From contig JAUSHK010000003.1 of the NCBI GenBank assembly GCA_030648515.1, positions 44,710 through 108,709 on the forward strand: a stretch of DNA of 64,000 nt. Direction: 5' to 3'. The DNA is from Candidatus Jorgensenbacteria bacterium. GTDB taxonomy: Bacteria > Patescibacteriota > Minisyncoccia > UBA6257 > GWB1-50-10. Numbering within the stretch: position 1 is the first letter of the stretch; the number at the start of each line of letters is the position of its first letter. Below are positions 17,883-27,871 of the stretch, piece by piece. The notes beneath the pieces were generated by a model. That model was not told where the DNA came from, ran no database searches, and saw only the letters and a program-made list of their open reading frames with translations. The position numbers and the translations under genes are program-made.

Positions 17883-20338
17883 AAAAACTTATTCTTATCG
17901 ATGCGCACGGATTGATTCATCGCGCCTATCACGCCCTCCCGCCACTTACAACGCCGAAGGGCGAACCAATCGGCGCGATTTACGGACTCGCAACAATGCT
18001 CTTAAAAATCATAAAAGAGCACGACCCGGATTATATCGCCGCGGCTTTTGACCGCCCCGAACCGACGTTCCGCAAACAAAAATTTGAGGCCTATAAGGCG
18101 CATCGTCCGCCGGCGCCCGACGAACTCGTGGGCCAGTTTACAAAAGCGCGCGAACTTTTCGGCGTTCTGAATATTCCTGTTTTTGAAAAAGCGGGCTACG
18201 AAGCCGACGACATTATAGCAACACTCGTAAAGCGCTTCGCTGGAAAAGAGGCGTCGGTTGTCGTTGTGACCGGCGACTATGACACCATGCAGCTTGTGCA
18301 CGATCCGGATGTGAGAGTTGAGACCCCCAAAAAAGGCGTCGGCGAAACGATGCTCTATGACGAAAAAGCCGTGCGCGAGCGTTTCGGCGTGCCGCCCGAA
18401 AAAATGACGGACTATAAGGGACTTGTCGGGGATCCGTCCGACAACATCCCCGGCGTGCCGGGTGTGGGCCCAAAAACCGCGGTCGCGGCGATTGAAAAAT
18501 TTAATTCAATCGAAGAGATGTATAAAAAAATGAAACCCGATGATCCGCTTGCAAAAAAATTCCTTCCGCACAAAAAAACAGCGCTTTTTTCAAAAGAACT
18601 TTCAATTCTTGATAAAGACGTTCCAGTCGCCGTAAATCTTGCCGACCTCGCGTTTGTAAAACCGTCCCCCGAAGCCATCGCCCGCCACTTTTCCGAACTT
18701 GGATTTAAAAGCCTTCTTGCGCGGCTCGGGTTCACAAAAAATTCCGTACCCGAACAGGAAGCGCTCATCGGTTTTCCCGCGCAAGAAAACCGCGCAAAAG
18801 AAATCGCGATGGACAGCGAAAGCGCGCTGGTAATTACAGAATCTTCAAACCCGAAACTTCTCGCGGAGAAAAAACTGAAGATTGCGTTTGACTGGAAGGC
18901 GCTTCTTAAAACGTTTGGCGCGCGCGGACTCTCAATCCAGAATCCCCTTTTTGATATTCACATCGCCACGTGGCTCCTGAATCCGGAACGCAAAATGCTC
19001 ACCGTTGAAGAAATTTCATTATTTTTAAGGGCGCGCGACAGCGACGAAGAAAAACTTTTAAGGACACTCTACGCGGCGACAAAGCACAAGCTTGAACATT
19101 ACAAACTTACAAAAATCTTTGAAGAAATCGAGATGCCGCTCGTGCGGGTTTTGGCGCAAATGGAATTGTGGGGCATTGGAGTAAATAAAGAAAAACTGAA
19201 AAAACTTCACGGAGAAGTAAAAAAAGAAACGTCGGCGCTTGAAAAGAAAATTTACGCGCAAGCAAAAACAACTTTCAATATTAATTCCCCGGCGCAAATC
19301 GCGCAGGTGCTTTCGGAAAAACTTGGCATTAAAGAGCTCGCGAAGCGTAAAACTTCAAGCGGCCAGTTAAAAACAGGGAGGGACGTCCTGGAAGAAATCG
19401 CGGACGCGCATCCGATTATTCCCCTGATTCTGAGCTATCGCGAGAACTTCAAAATCCTTTCGAGCTTCATTGAGCCGCTTCAAAGCCTCATTGGTGAAGA
19501 TGGGAGAATCCACACGACGTATCTTCAGACCGGCACAGCAACCGGTCGGCTTTCATCGGAAAAACCGAACCTTCAAAACATCCCGCAGGAATCGCAGTGG
19601 TCGGAAAAGCTCCGCTCCGCGTTTGAGGCAAAGCGTGGCTGGAGCTTGCTTTCATTTGATTACGCCCAGATGGAACTCCGTCTTTTGGCGCACGTCTCGG
19701 GGGACGAAGAGTTTAAAAAAGCATTCCGCGGAAATTATGACGTCCACACTGAGACAGCATCCCGTATTTTTAACGTCCCCTCCGAGAAAGTCACGAAGGC
19801 GATGCGACGGATTGGTAAAACCCTGAACTTCGGCGTCATTTACGGCATGGGCGCGAGGTCATTTGCAAAAACTAGCGGCGTCACGCTTGAGGAAGCGAAG
19901 AAAGCGATTGAAAAATATTACAGTGATTTCCCGGACATAAAACGGTGGCAGGAAAAAACCCTCGCGGAGGTAAAAGAAAAGGGGTACGCGGAAAACATTC
20001 ATGGAAGAAAACGGTGGTTTGATTTGCAACACTCGCAGCGGGGAGAGTACGAGCGCGCGGCGGTCAATATGCCAATCCAGAGCTTTGAGGCGGACATCAT
20101 AAAAATCGCGATGATCAACTCGGAAACCGTGCTTGAAGAAAAAGGGCTTTTTAGAGAGCACGTTCGCCTACTCCTCTCCACTCACGACGAATTGCTCTTC
20201 GAGGTGGAGGATGATAAGGTAAAAAGCGTAGTACCGCTTATCGCGCGCGTTATGGAATCGGCGGCAAAAATTTCAGTGCCCCTCCGCGTTGAAGCAAAAA
20301 TCGGAAAAAACTGGGGTAGCATGAAAGTATTTGAGTAA
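17879..20338 (+). CDS. polA: DNA polymerase I (5'-3' exonuclease + family-A polymerase)
   Basis: GTG start; N-terminal FEN-like domain, motif A/B/C of family A pol (RRIGKTLNFGVIYG, LLSTHDELLFEV). Confidence 0.9.
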   Translation: MKKLILIDAHGLIHRAYHALPPLTTPKGEPIGAIYGLATMLLKIIKEHDPDYIAAAFDRPEPTFRKQKFEAYKAHRPPAPDELVGQFTKARELFGVLNIPVFEKAGYEADDIIATLVKRFAGKEASVVVVTGDYDTMQLVHDPDVRVETPKKGVGETMLYDEKAVRERFGVPPEKMTDYKGLVGDPSDNIPGVPGVGPKTAVAAIEKFNSIEEMYKKMKPDDPLAKKFLPHKKTALFSKELSILDKDVPVAVNLADLAFVKPSPEAIARHFSELGFKSLLARLGFTKNSVPEQEALIGFPAQENRAKEIAMDSESALVITESSNPKLLAEKKLKIAFDWKALLKTFGARGLSIQNPLFDIHIATWLLNPERKMLTVEEISLFLRARDSDEEKLLRTLYAATKHKLEHYKLTKIFEEIEMPLVRVLAQMELWGIGVNKEKLKKLHGEVKKETSALEKKIYAQAKTTFNINSPAQIAQVLSEKLGIKELAKRKTSSGQLKTGRDVLEEIADAHPIIPLILSYRENFKILSSFIEPLQSLIGEDGRIHTTYLQTGTATGRLSSEKPNLQNIPQESQWSEKLRSAFEAKRGWSLLSFDYAQMELRLLAHVSGDEEFKKAFRGNYDVHTETASRIFNVPSEKVTKAMRRIGKTLNFGVIYGMGARSFAKTSGVTLEEAKKAIEKYYSDFPDIKRWQEKTLAEVKEKGYAENIHGRKRWFDLQHSQRGEYERAAVNMPIQSFEADIIKIAMINSETVLEEKGLFREHVRLLLSTHDELLFEVEDDKVKSVVPLIARVMESAAKISVPLRVEAKIGKNWGSMKVFE

Positions 20339-20365
20339 AACAATTTGATACATTCACCTTGAGTT

Positions 20366-21670
20366 ATGGAAGAAGTTTTTGAAATTATAAAAACCACAAT
20401 AAAAAATGTCGCTCATCCGGCATTTAGGCCGCTTGTAGCGGTTATTATCGTAGAAGTTGCTCTTTTTGTTGTTTACCTCCTTGCGTTTACGGTGTCATCG
20501 TGGCTTGTACTGCTTACCATTCTTGTCGGAATTGGAACGGCCGCGATTACCGCGCAAGCGTACGTTAAGCTTATCTCAACCCACAGTGAAACAGCATTCA
20601 ACGAGGAGATGCTTTTGGCGCTTACTGAGTATCTCAAAGACGCGGTTATAATTTACGACACGAATTTTAAAATCATCTCGATTAATCCGGCAGCAGAAAC
20701 ACTTTTTAGCGTCGCGAAAGAATCGGTTATAAACGCGACCGTAGATCCTGGATCAGTAAAACAGCGCAACCTAAAACTTTTCGCTCAAATTCTTTTCCCG
20801 TCGCTCGCACCGGCAGTCGCGCAAATTTCCGAAGCAAACGCGTGGCCGCAAGTGGTGCGCATTTCAATAAGCGAGCCAAACCTTAGCCTCCTCGTCACCA
20901 CGAATCGAATCGCGGACAGGAACGGTGGCGTCATTGGTTTTGTAAAACTCGTAAAGGACGAGACGCACGAGGAATCAATTCTAAAAGCCAAGAATGAGTT
21001 TATTGATGTCGCGGCGCACCAGCTCCGCACGCCGCTTACGGCGCTTCACTGGACGCTCGAGAGCATGACAAAAATGACCGAGGGCGCCCCAGATCTTCAT
21101 GAGCTCTCGCAACAAGGGCTTCTGGTCGCGGAACGCGCCTTAAAAATCACAAACGATCTTCTCGATGTTTCAAAAATTGAAGAGGGGCGGTTCGGCTATG
21201 CCCCGCAGCGCACAGACATCATTGGGCTAATAAAAACAGTGCTGCGTGAAACGAACTCGCTCGCCAAACAATATAACGTGGAACTCGCCGACGCGACGAG
21301 AGAACAAAATATTCCCGTATATATAGACGTAAACAGTATCGGCATGGTGCTTATGAACCTCGTTGATAATGCCATCAAATATAATACGAAAAATGGAAAA
21401 GTGGTGGTGTCCGCGGAACAGGCGGCCAACAACAGATCTGTGCGCGTCTCAGTCACTGATACCGGCATCGGAATTACGGAAGAAGATATGAAAAAACTTT
21501 TTGAAAAGCTCCATCGCGGAGCAAACGCCGCACAGATAGAACCGAATGGAAGCGGCTTAGGGCTCTATATCGCAAAAAATATTGTGGAACGCAATAATGG
21601 AAAAATCGGCGTTGAATCAACACTGAACCGTGGAAGCACATTTTGGTTCACACTGCCGATAGTCGCTTAA
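20366..21670 (+). CDS. membrane sensor histidine kinase (2 TM, PAS-like, HisKA, HATPase_c)
   Basis: H-box AAHQLRTPLT, N-box LVDNAIKY, G-boxes DTGIGI and GSGLGL; no response regulator adjacent. Confidence 0.8.
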   Translation: MEEVFEIIKTTIKNVAHPAFRPLVAVIIVEVALFVVYLLAFTVSSWLVLLTILVGIGTAAITAQAYVKLISTHSETAFNEEMLLALTEYLKDAVIIYDTNFKIISINPAAETLFSVAKESVINATVDPGSVKQRNLKLFAQILFPSLAPAVAQISEANAWPQVVRISISEPNLSLLVTTNRIADRNGGVIGFVKLVKDETHEESILKAKNEFIDVAAHQLRTPLTALHWTLESMTKMTEGAPDLHELSQQGLLVAERALKITNDLLDVSKIEEGRFGYAPQRTDIIGLIKTVLRETNSLAKQYNVELADATREQNIPVYIDVNSIGMVLMNLVDNAIKYNTKNGKVVVSAEQAANNRSVRVSVTDTGIGITEEDMKKLFEKLHRGANAAQIEPNGSGLGLYIAKNIVERNNGKIGVESTLNRGSTFWFTLPIVA

Positions 21671-21673
21671 AAT

Positions 21674-22150
21674 ATGATAATCCTGGGTATTGATCCGGGG
21701 ACAACGCGGATTGGGTACGGAGCCGTTGAGAAAACCGGCGGGACACTCACCCACCACGCATCGGGGCTTATAGAATGCGCCTCCGGTAATCTCGCGGAAC
21801 AACTGCATATTATTGAAAAAAGGGTTGAGGATGTTATTAAAAAAACAAAACCGGCAAAAGCCGGAGTTGAAAAGCTTTTCTTTTCAAAAAACAAGAAGAC
21901 CGCCCTTACTACCGCCCATGCCCGAGGCGTTATCTTAAGCGCGCTCCGCAAGCACAATATAGAAATTGTGGAGCTTTCCCCGGTTGAGGTAAAACTAGGG
22001 GTCACGGGCTACGGCTCTGCGTCAAAACAGGCGGTCGCAGCGATGGTTTCGCGGATTCTAAACATCTCAACAAAAAACGTGATTGACGATACAACTGATG
22101 CCCTCGCAATCGCTATTACCGCAGCATATACCAGCATTAATGGGCGATAA
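21674..22150 (+). CDS. ruvC: Holliday junction resolvase RuvC
   Basis: MIILGIDPGTTRIGYG N-terminus with catalytic Asp, RuvC length. Confidence 0.85.
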   Translation: MIILGIDPGTTRIGYGAVEKTGGTLTHHASGLIECASGNLAEQLHIIEKRVEDVIKKTKPAKAGVEKLFFSKNKKTALTTAHARGVILSALRKHNIEIVELSPVEVKLGVTGYGSASKQAVAAMVSRILNISTKNVIDDTTDALAIAITAAYTSINGR

Positions 22151-22190
22151 AGTTATCCACGTTTGACATATAAAATCCCTTCGTTATACT

Positions 22191-22421
22191 GTGGCTACAA
22201 TTCCCACTCAGGAATGGGAAAGGTCGTTTAAAATCATGAGCGATACAATGACCGACTTGAAATTAAAGAAGCCCTACCAAAGGAAAGATGACGATGAGAA
22301 TCTTGGTGTTGAGCTCGGAGAAGAAATTGAAGAGCTCGATGCGGAAACGCCGGAGGAAAAAGCTCTCCTCCCGGAAGAGGAATTGGATGGCGGCGACGAG
22401 ACAGAGAAAGAAGAAGAATAA
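22191..22421 (+). CDS. small highly acidic hypothetical protein
   Basis: 76 aa, C-terminal half ~50% D/E; followed by terminator. Confidence 0.35.
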   Translation: MATIPTQEWERSFKIMSDTMTDLKLKKPYQRKDDDENLGVELGEEIEELDAETPEEKALLPEEELDGGDETEKEEE

Positions 22422-22445
22422 TTAATAAGGATAATAAAAACAAAG

Positions 22446-22480
22446 GCCCCCGGCGATTTATGCCGGAGGGTTTTTGTTTG
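22446..22480 (+). terminator. rho-independent terminator
   Basis: stem ccggc/gccgg with flanking c/g pairs, loop gatttat, then TTTTTGTTTG. Confidence 0.55.
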
Positions 22481-24651
22481 AGACAAAAACCGATATACTT
22501 ATAATAATGACGTATAACAAAATACATCTTAAGAGGTCGGGGCGCCGGCTCCGCTTTTTTTTCTGGGTTGTGTCTATATTTGTCGCCGCATGCGCGGTAT
22601 TTGCGTTGTATCTTATAATCCTCATAACAACACTCCCATCCCCGGCGCAATTCTCAACACGAAGCGTAAGTCAATCTACAAAGCTTTACGACCGTACGGG
22701 AAAAACGCTCCTCTATGAAATCTTCAGCGGCGAGAAGCGCACCATTATTCCATTCAATGAAATTCCGGAACAAGTAAAACTCGCGACGCTCGCCGCGGAG
22801 AATGTTAATTTTTATAATGAGCCGGCCATCAGCTGGCGCGGCATGCTGCGCGCGCTCTATGTTGATGTTACACAGGGCCAAATCACGCAAGGCGGTTCAA
22901 CGATTACCCAACAACTTGTAAAAACAGTGCTTCTCACGCCGGAACGGACCGTGACGAGAAAAATTAAGGAGGTTGCGCTCTCAATTGAATTAGAATCAAA
23001 ATATTCAAAAGAAGAAATCTTCTTCCATTATTTAAATCAGATTCCTTACGGGTCAAATGCGTACGGCGTTGAGGCCGCAAGCCAAATTTATTTCAATAAA
23101 TCAGTCAAAGATTTGACACTCGCGGAATCCGCGATTCTCGCCTCGCTTATTAAGGCGCCAAGCTACTACTCCCCGTGGGGAGACCGCCAAAAGGAACTTT
23201 TTGAACGTCAGCAGTACATATTAAAACAAATGAAGGACCACGACTTCATCTCCGCGAAAGAGTATGACGGCGCGCTTAAAGAAAAAGTTGTATTCATTCC
23301 GCAATCGATCGGTTCAATACAAGCGCCACATTTTTCATTTCTTGTAAAAGATTACTTAATCAACCAGTACGGCGAGTATATGGTCATGAATGGAGGGCTC
23401 AGAGTTATGACAACGCTTGATGCTAATCTTGAAAAAATTGCCGAGAAAGCGGTTGAGGACGGCGCTAAACGGAATGAGGAGCTCTATAGCGGTACAAACG
23501 CGGCGCTCGTCGCGCAAGACCCCAAGACGGGGCAAATTTTGGCGTACGTCGGGTCGCGCGACTACTTTAATGATGCGGTGCAGGGAAAATTTAATTTGCC
23601 CGTGCAGGGCTTGCGGCAACCAGGATCGGCTCTGAAGCCATTTGTATATCTCACAGCATTCCAGAAAGGCTATACGCCGCAATCCGTAGTCTTTGACGTC
23701 CCCACGGAGTTCGATACGCGCGGCAACGAAGAAACGAGCTATAAGCCGGAAAACTTTGACGAAAAGTTTATCGGACCAGTTGCGCTTCAAGACGCGCTCG
23801 CGCAATCACGCAACGTTCCCGCTGTTAAGGTACTCTACCTCGCAGGCATTGACGCAGTTATTAATAATCTTAAAAATTTCGGCATAACAACACTTAAGGA
23901 TCCGTCGCGGTATGGATTATCTCTAACGCTCGGCGGAGGAGAAGTAAAACTCATGGATCTTATAAGCGCCTACGCAACACTCTCGCAAGAAGGTATTAAG
24001 CATGAACAAAAAATTGTCTTGAAAGTTGAGGATAGCTCAGGAAATGTTCTTGAAGAATACAACGACGACAGCAAGCGAGTTATTGACCCTGAATATCCTC
24101 GAATAATCTCAAAAATTCTCTCAAACCAGGATCTTCGCGCGCCAATTTTTACAGCGAGCCTACCACTTACAGTGTTCCCGGGATACCAGGTCGCTCTAAA
24201 AACAGGGACGTCGCAGGATTACCGCGATGCGTGGGCCTTTGGCTACACGCCGTCGCTTGCCATTGGTGTCTGGGCTGGAAACAATGACAACAAACCAATG
24301 AAGCGGAGTGGATCAAGCATCTTGGCCGCTGTGCCTATTTGGAATTCATTCCTGAGTGAAGCGCTTCTTAAATTTCCAAGTGAATCGTTTACCGAGCCGG
24401 ACCAACTTCCCCTTCCGGCAAAACCAATGCTGAACGGAGAATACCAAACAACAATTACCGTTGGAGGGAAACAATACCCGCAAATACATTCAATCCTTTA
24501 CTACGTTGATAAAAATGACCCATTAGGGCCGGTTCCAAGCGACCCGGGACAGGACCCGCAATTCTATAACTGGGAATTGGGTATGATAGAGTGGGCGCGC
24601 GCAAATCTTCCAAACTTTTTCAGCTACAATATTTCAGTTCCGAAAAGTTAG
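22474..24651 (+). CDS. class A penicillin-binding protein (glycosyltransferase + transpeptidase), PBP1A-like
   Basis: N-terminal TM, GT51 motif GGSTITQQLVK, transpeptidase SxxK (SALKP), KTGT. Confidence 0.85.
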   Translation: MFETKTDILIIMTYNKIHLKRSGRRLRFFFWVVSIFVAACAVFALYLIILITTLPSPAQFSTRSVSQSTKLYDRTGKTLLYEIFSGEKRTIIPFNEIPEQVKLATLAAENVNFYNEPAISWRGMLRALYVDVTQGQITQGGSTITQQLVKTVLLTPERTVTRKIKEVALSIELESKYSKEEIFFHYLNQIPYGSNAYGVEAASQIYFNKSVKDLTLAESAILASLIKAPSYYSPWGDRQKELFERQQYILKQMKDHDFISAKEYDGALKEKVVFIPQSIGSIQAPHFSFLVKDYLINQYGEYMVMNGGLRVMTTLDANLEKIAEKAVEDGAKRNEELYSGTNAALVAQDPKTGQILAYVGSRDYFNDAVQGKFNLPVQGLRQPGSALKPFVYLTAFQKGYTPQSVVFDVPTEFDTRGNEETSYKPENFDEKFIGPVALQDALAQSRNVPAVKVLYLAGIDAVINNLKNFGITTLKDPSRYGLSLTLGGGEVKLMDLISAYATLSQEGIKHEQKIVLKVEDSSGNVLEEYNDDSKRVIDPEYPRIISKILSNQDLRAPIFTASLPLTVFPGYQVALKTGTSQDYRDAWAFGYTPSLAIGVWAGNNDNKPMKRSGSSILAAVPIWNSFLSEALLKFPSESFTEPDQLPLPAKPMLNGEYQTTITVGGKQYPQIHSILYYVDKNDPLGPVPSDPGQDPQFYNWELGMIEWARANLPNFFSYNISVPKS

Positions 24652-24657
24652 TAAAAA

Positions 24658-25767
24658 TTATTTTCGAATCGGCATCACAACATAAAGAAGTGATGGTTCT
24701 TTTGGATCGCGGATTACCGCCGGCTTATCTGGCGTGTTCACGCCTAAAATAATTTCATCACTTGAGTAAATCCGAAGTCCGTCGTAAAGATATTTCCAGT
24801 TAAAAACAACGGAGAATATCTCGCCCTTCACTTTACTGGGAACTTTGTAAACACTTGACCCAAGCGATCCTTCCTGTGAAGAAATTTCAATAAATTTTTT
24901 ATTTTCACCTACCGAAATAGTTATATCATTTGTTCTTCCCGAGAATGAACTTACAAGTTTTATAGCATTCAGAAGCTCTTGCCTGTTTATTGAAATTTCA
25001 TTCTCTGTTGATTTTGGAATAATCGGCTGATATTCCGGGAATCTCCCATCGACGGTTCGTGATGTTACGAACTTTGTTTTTGTTATAAAAAATACCTGGT
25101 TTTGGTCGGTGTGAATCGTAACCTCATCGTCTGATTTTTGAATTACTCTCATAAGCTCTTCTGCTGTTTGAAGCGGGATAATGAATGAAACCTCGTCAAA
25201 CGTAGAAGCAACGCCTGATCCGCTTATTATTTTTTCAGCAAGCCGAAAACTATCAGTCCCTACAAATGTAAGTTTTTCATTTGAGTATGTAAAAAACACC
25301 CCACTGATTTCAGGACGGATATCAGAGTATTGTGTTGCAATAATAGTACTTCCAAGACTCTCAAGAAAAACATCAACGGCGACCCGAATTGAATTTTTTA
25401 CATCACTTACGTGCGGAATAATCGGAAAATCTTTTTCGTTTCCGCCCTGAATCGTCGCCTCATAATTATCAGTTATAACCCGTACAGTATTCTCATTTGT
25501 TTCAATGGTTATTCTCTCGGAATTTAAATTTTTTATTACAGAACCAAATAATACAGCTGGCATCACGGCGCGGCCATTTTCTATAATTTTCCCCTGAATT
25601 GTGTGAGTAATTGCAAGTTCAAGATTTGTCGCGGTTATTGAAATTTTATTATTCTGCGCCGAAAGAAGAATGTTTTTAAGAACAGGAAGATTTGTATTAA
25701 TACCAGTAGCTCTCTCAACAGAGAAGAGTCCTTCTACTATATTAGTCTTAAGAAGAATTAATTTCAT
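24658..25767 (-). CDS. dnaN: DNA polymerase III beta sliding clamp
   Basis: three-domain clamp, N-terminus MKLILLKTNIVEGL..; adjacent to dnaA. Confidence 0.85.
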   Translation of the reverse strand: MKLILLKTNIVEGLFSVERATGINTNLPVLKNILLSAQNNKISITATNLELAITHTIQGKIIENGRAVMPAVLFGSVIKNLNSERITIETNENTVRVITDNYEATIQGGNEKDFPIIPHVSDVKNSIRVAVDVFLESLGSTIIATQYSDIRPEISGVFFTYSNEKLTFVGTDSFRLAEKIISGSGVASTFDEVSFIIPLQTAEELMRVIQKSDDEVTIHTDQNQVFFITKTKFVTSRTVDGRFPEYQPIIPKSTENEISINRQELLNAIKLVSSFSGRTNDITISVGENKKFIEISSQEGSLGSSVYKVPSKVKGEIFSVVFNWKYLYDGLRIYSSDEIILGVNTPDKPAVIRDPKEPSLLYVVMPIRK

Positions 25768-25940
25768 AGTAGTGGTGATAATAGTGTGGATTAGTGGATA
25801 AGTCTATTTTTCTTTTAGTAGTAACGTTTTTCCGTGGCGATTTTTATTGTTGGGTGTTGATAGTGTTGTGTGTAATGTCTAATAAGTTTCATAGGTTGTG
25901 TTAATTGTTCCTAGTTGTTAACAATATAATTAGTACTTAT
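25768..25940. other. candidate chromosomal replication origin (DnaA-box cluster + AT-rich stretch) between dnaA and dnaN
   Basis: TGTGGATtA 25785..25793, aGTGGATAA 25793..25801, TTATCtACA 25923..25931 and AT-rich runs; flanked by dnaA/dnaN and rpmH-rnpA-yidC-jag. Confidence 0.5.
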
Positions 25941-27308
25941 CTACACCTTATTCAAGTTTTCTTTTATAAGAAGAATTTTTTGATTAAGGTTTGAATCTTG
26001 TGTCATCTCTTTTTGTATTTTTTCATACGCGTGAATAACTGTGGTGTGGTCCCGCTTCCCTAGTTTCTCGCCGATATGCGGGTACGACATCTTTAAGAAC
26101 TCACGCATAAGATACATCGCAATCTGTCGCGGTTCAACAACCTCCTGCTTTCTACCCTTGTTTATTAAATCATTTAATGGGATTTCAAAAAAATCAGAAA
26201 CAGATTTCAAGACGTCATTTGCTGTAATGTTTTTAGTGGAAACAGTGCTTGTCTCTTGGATAATTTCATCAACTTTTTTAATATCAATCTTTTTATTCTT
26301 GCATTGCTGGAAAAACGCGATTTTATTTAAGACCCCATCAAGCTCGCGTATGTTTTTCTGAACTTTAGCGGCAATGTGCTCAGTAACAGCATCCTCAATA
26401 TCAAGTCCTTGGTTCTGAATCTTTGTTTTAAGTATTGCAAGTCGCATCTCATAGTCCGGGTACGTGATATCGGCAATCATGCCCCCCTCAAAGCGGGATC
26501 GTAGGCGTTCTTCTAGTGTTGGAATCGCTGCCGGGGGCCTATCAGAGGAAAGAATAATCTGCTTGTTGTTTTCATGGAGGGCGTTAAAGGTGTGAAAGAA
26601 CTCAAGTTCTGTAGCCGGTTTCCCGCCGATAAATTGAATGTCGTCAATAATAAGGACGTCAACGTCGCGGTGTTTCTTCTTCATGTCCTCCATCCGCTTA
26701 TTCCGCACTGACCAGACGACATCATTGATGAATTTCTCGGAAGTTGTGTAAAGGACATTTACCTTCCCGCTGTATTTCTCGTGAATCGCGTTTCCAACAG
26801 CTTGCATAAGATGCGTTTTCCCGAGTCCGACGCCGCCGTAGATAAAGAGCGGGTTATACTTTTTTCCGACATCATTAACAACGGCTTGAGCCGCGGCATG
26901 GGCGAGTTCATTTGAGGACCCAATGATATATGAAGCAAATGTATATTTGGGGTTAAGGTTCGTTCGCGGGTCAACTCTTGATTCAACGAGCGGTAATTGC
27001 GGCTTTCCTAAATCCTCGGTCTTTTTAGCTTTCGCACATTGTATCTGATTTGGCGTACCGCTAATCACGGTGTAGTTTACTGATCGCACCGAAGTGTCAA
27101 AGTTTCTGAGGGACCCAAGGATAAGTTTGTGATACCGGTTTTTCACCCACTCTTTTGCAAAATTATTCGGCAGGCCGACAAGCGCTACGCCGTCCTTCTC
27201 ATTCTTTCCCATGAGCTGGCTGTTCTTAAGCCATGTAAGAAAGTTCGGCCGTGAAATTTGAACCTCAACTTCTCCTAAAACATTTTGCCAAAGCTCGTTG
27301 TGGTCCAT
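25941..27308 (-). CDS. dnaA: chromosomal replication initiator DnaA
   Basis: AAA+ Walker A GGVGLGKTHL, C-terminal DnaA-box binding HTH (IAMYLMRE..HTTV). Confidence 0.9.
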   Translation of the reverse strand: MDHNELWQNVLGEVEVQISRPNFLTWLKNSQLMGKNEKDGVALVGLPNNFAKEWVKNRYHKLILGSLRNFDTSVRSVNYTVISGTPNQIQCAKAKKTEDLGKPQLPLVESRVDPRTNLNPKYTFASYIIGSSNELAHAAAQAVVNDVGKKYNPLFIYGGVGLGKTHLMQAVGNAIHEKYSGKVNVLYTTSEKFINDVVWSVRNKRMEDMKKKHRDVDVLIIDDIQFIGGKPATELEFFHTFNALHENNKQIILSSDRPPAAIPTLEERLRSRFEGGMIADITYPDYEMRLAILKTKIQNQGLDIEDAVTEHIAAKVQKNIRELDGVLNKIAFFQQCKNKKIDIKKVDEIIQETSTVSTKNITANDVLKSVSDFFEIPLNDLINKGRKQEVVEPRQIAMYLMREFLKMSYPHIGEKLGKRDHTTVIHAYEKIQKEMTQDSNLNQKILLIKENLNKV

Positions 27309-27454
27309 AGGTATCGTAATGATAGATGTATTTACATACTTTACAACAGCGGCAAAACAGCAAAAAGTTACTTACCTGTGTATGATGTGTTGATAACTCA
27401 TAAAATGCAAGCGCATATTGATTTTTTAAGCGATTCGGGTAGAATATAAAGGAT

Positions 27455-27589
27455 ATGAGTAGGACTTATCAGCCAAAAAAGAGGAAAAGGGCGCGTACGC
27501 ACGGCTTTTTAGTGCGCGGGCGAAAGGCGAAGGGGCGCGATGTAATCAGACGGCGCAGACAGAAGGGTCGGCGCAAGCTCGCTGTTTAA
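27455..27589 (+). CDS. rpmH: 50S ribosomal protein L34
   Basis: Manually translated 44-aa [47 protein letters not shown]; absent from ORF track (below size cutoff). Confidence 0.8.
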   Translation: MSRTYQPKKRKRARTHGFLVRGRKAKGRDVIRRRRQKGRRKLAV

Positions 27590-27598
27590 GCCTGTCCC

Positions 27599-27871
27599 TT
27601 GGCCTATTCTATGCCACAGGCCGTCCTGGTTAAGAAATTTAGAAAGGGCTTTCAGAAAAAGCCATTATTTATTATTGCAGGGACGTCGGTTTCAAAAAAA
27701 GCCACCGATCGCAACCGCATAAGGCGTCGTATTCGGGTGATAATGACGCCAATAATGAAAGAACAGCGGAATGACTATGCGATTATTGTGAAACGCGGCG
27801 CGCTCGCGCTTTCCTATAAAAACCTTAAAGAAGAAATTTTAAAATTCATACACCATGATAGAACTGTATAA
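27599..27871 (+). CDS. rnpA: RNase P protein component
   Basis: basic 90-aa protein downstream of rpmH with RNR-motif region (DRNRIRRRIR). Confidence 0.75.
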   Translation: MAYSMPQAVLVKKFRKGFQKKPLFIIAGTSVSKKATDRNRIRRRIRVIMTPIMKEQRNDYAIIVKRGALALSYKNLKEEILKFIHHDRTV

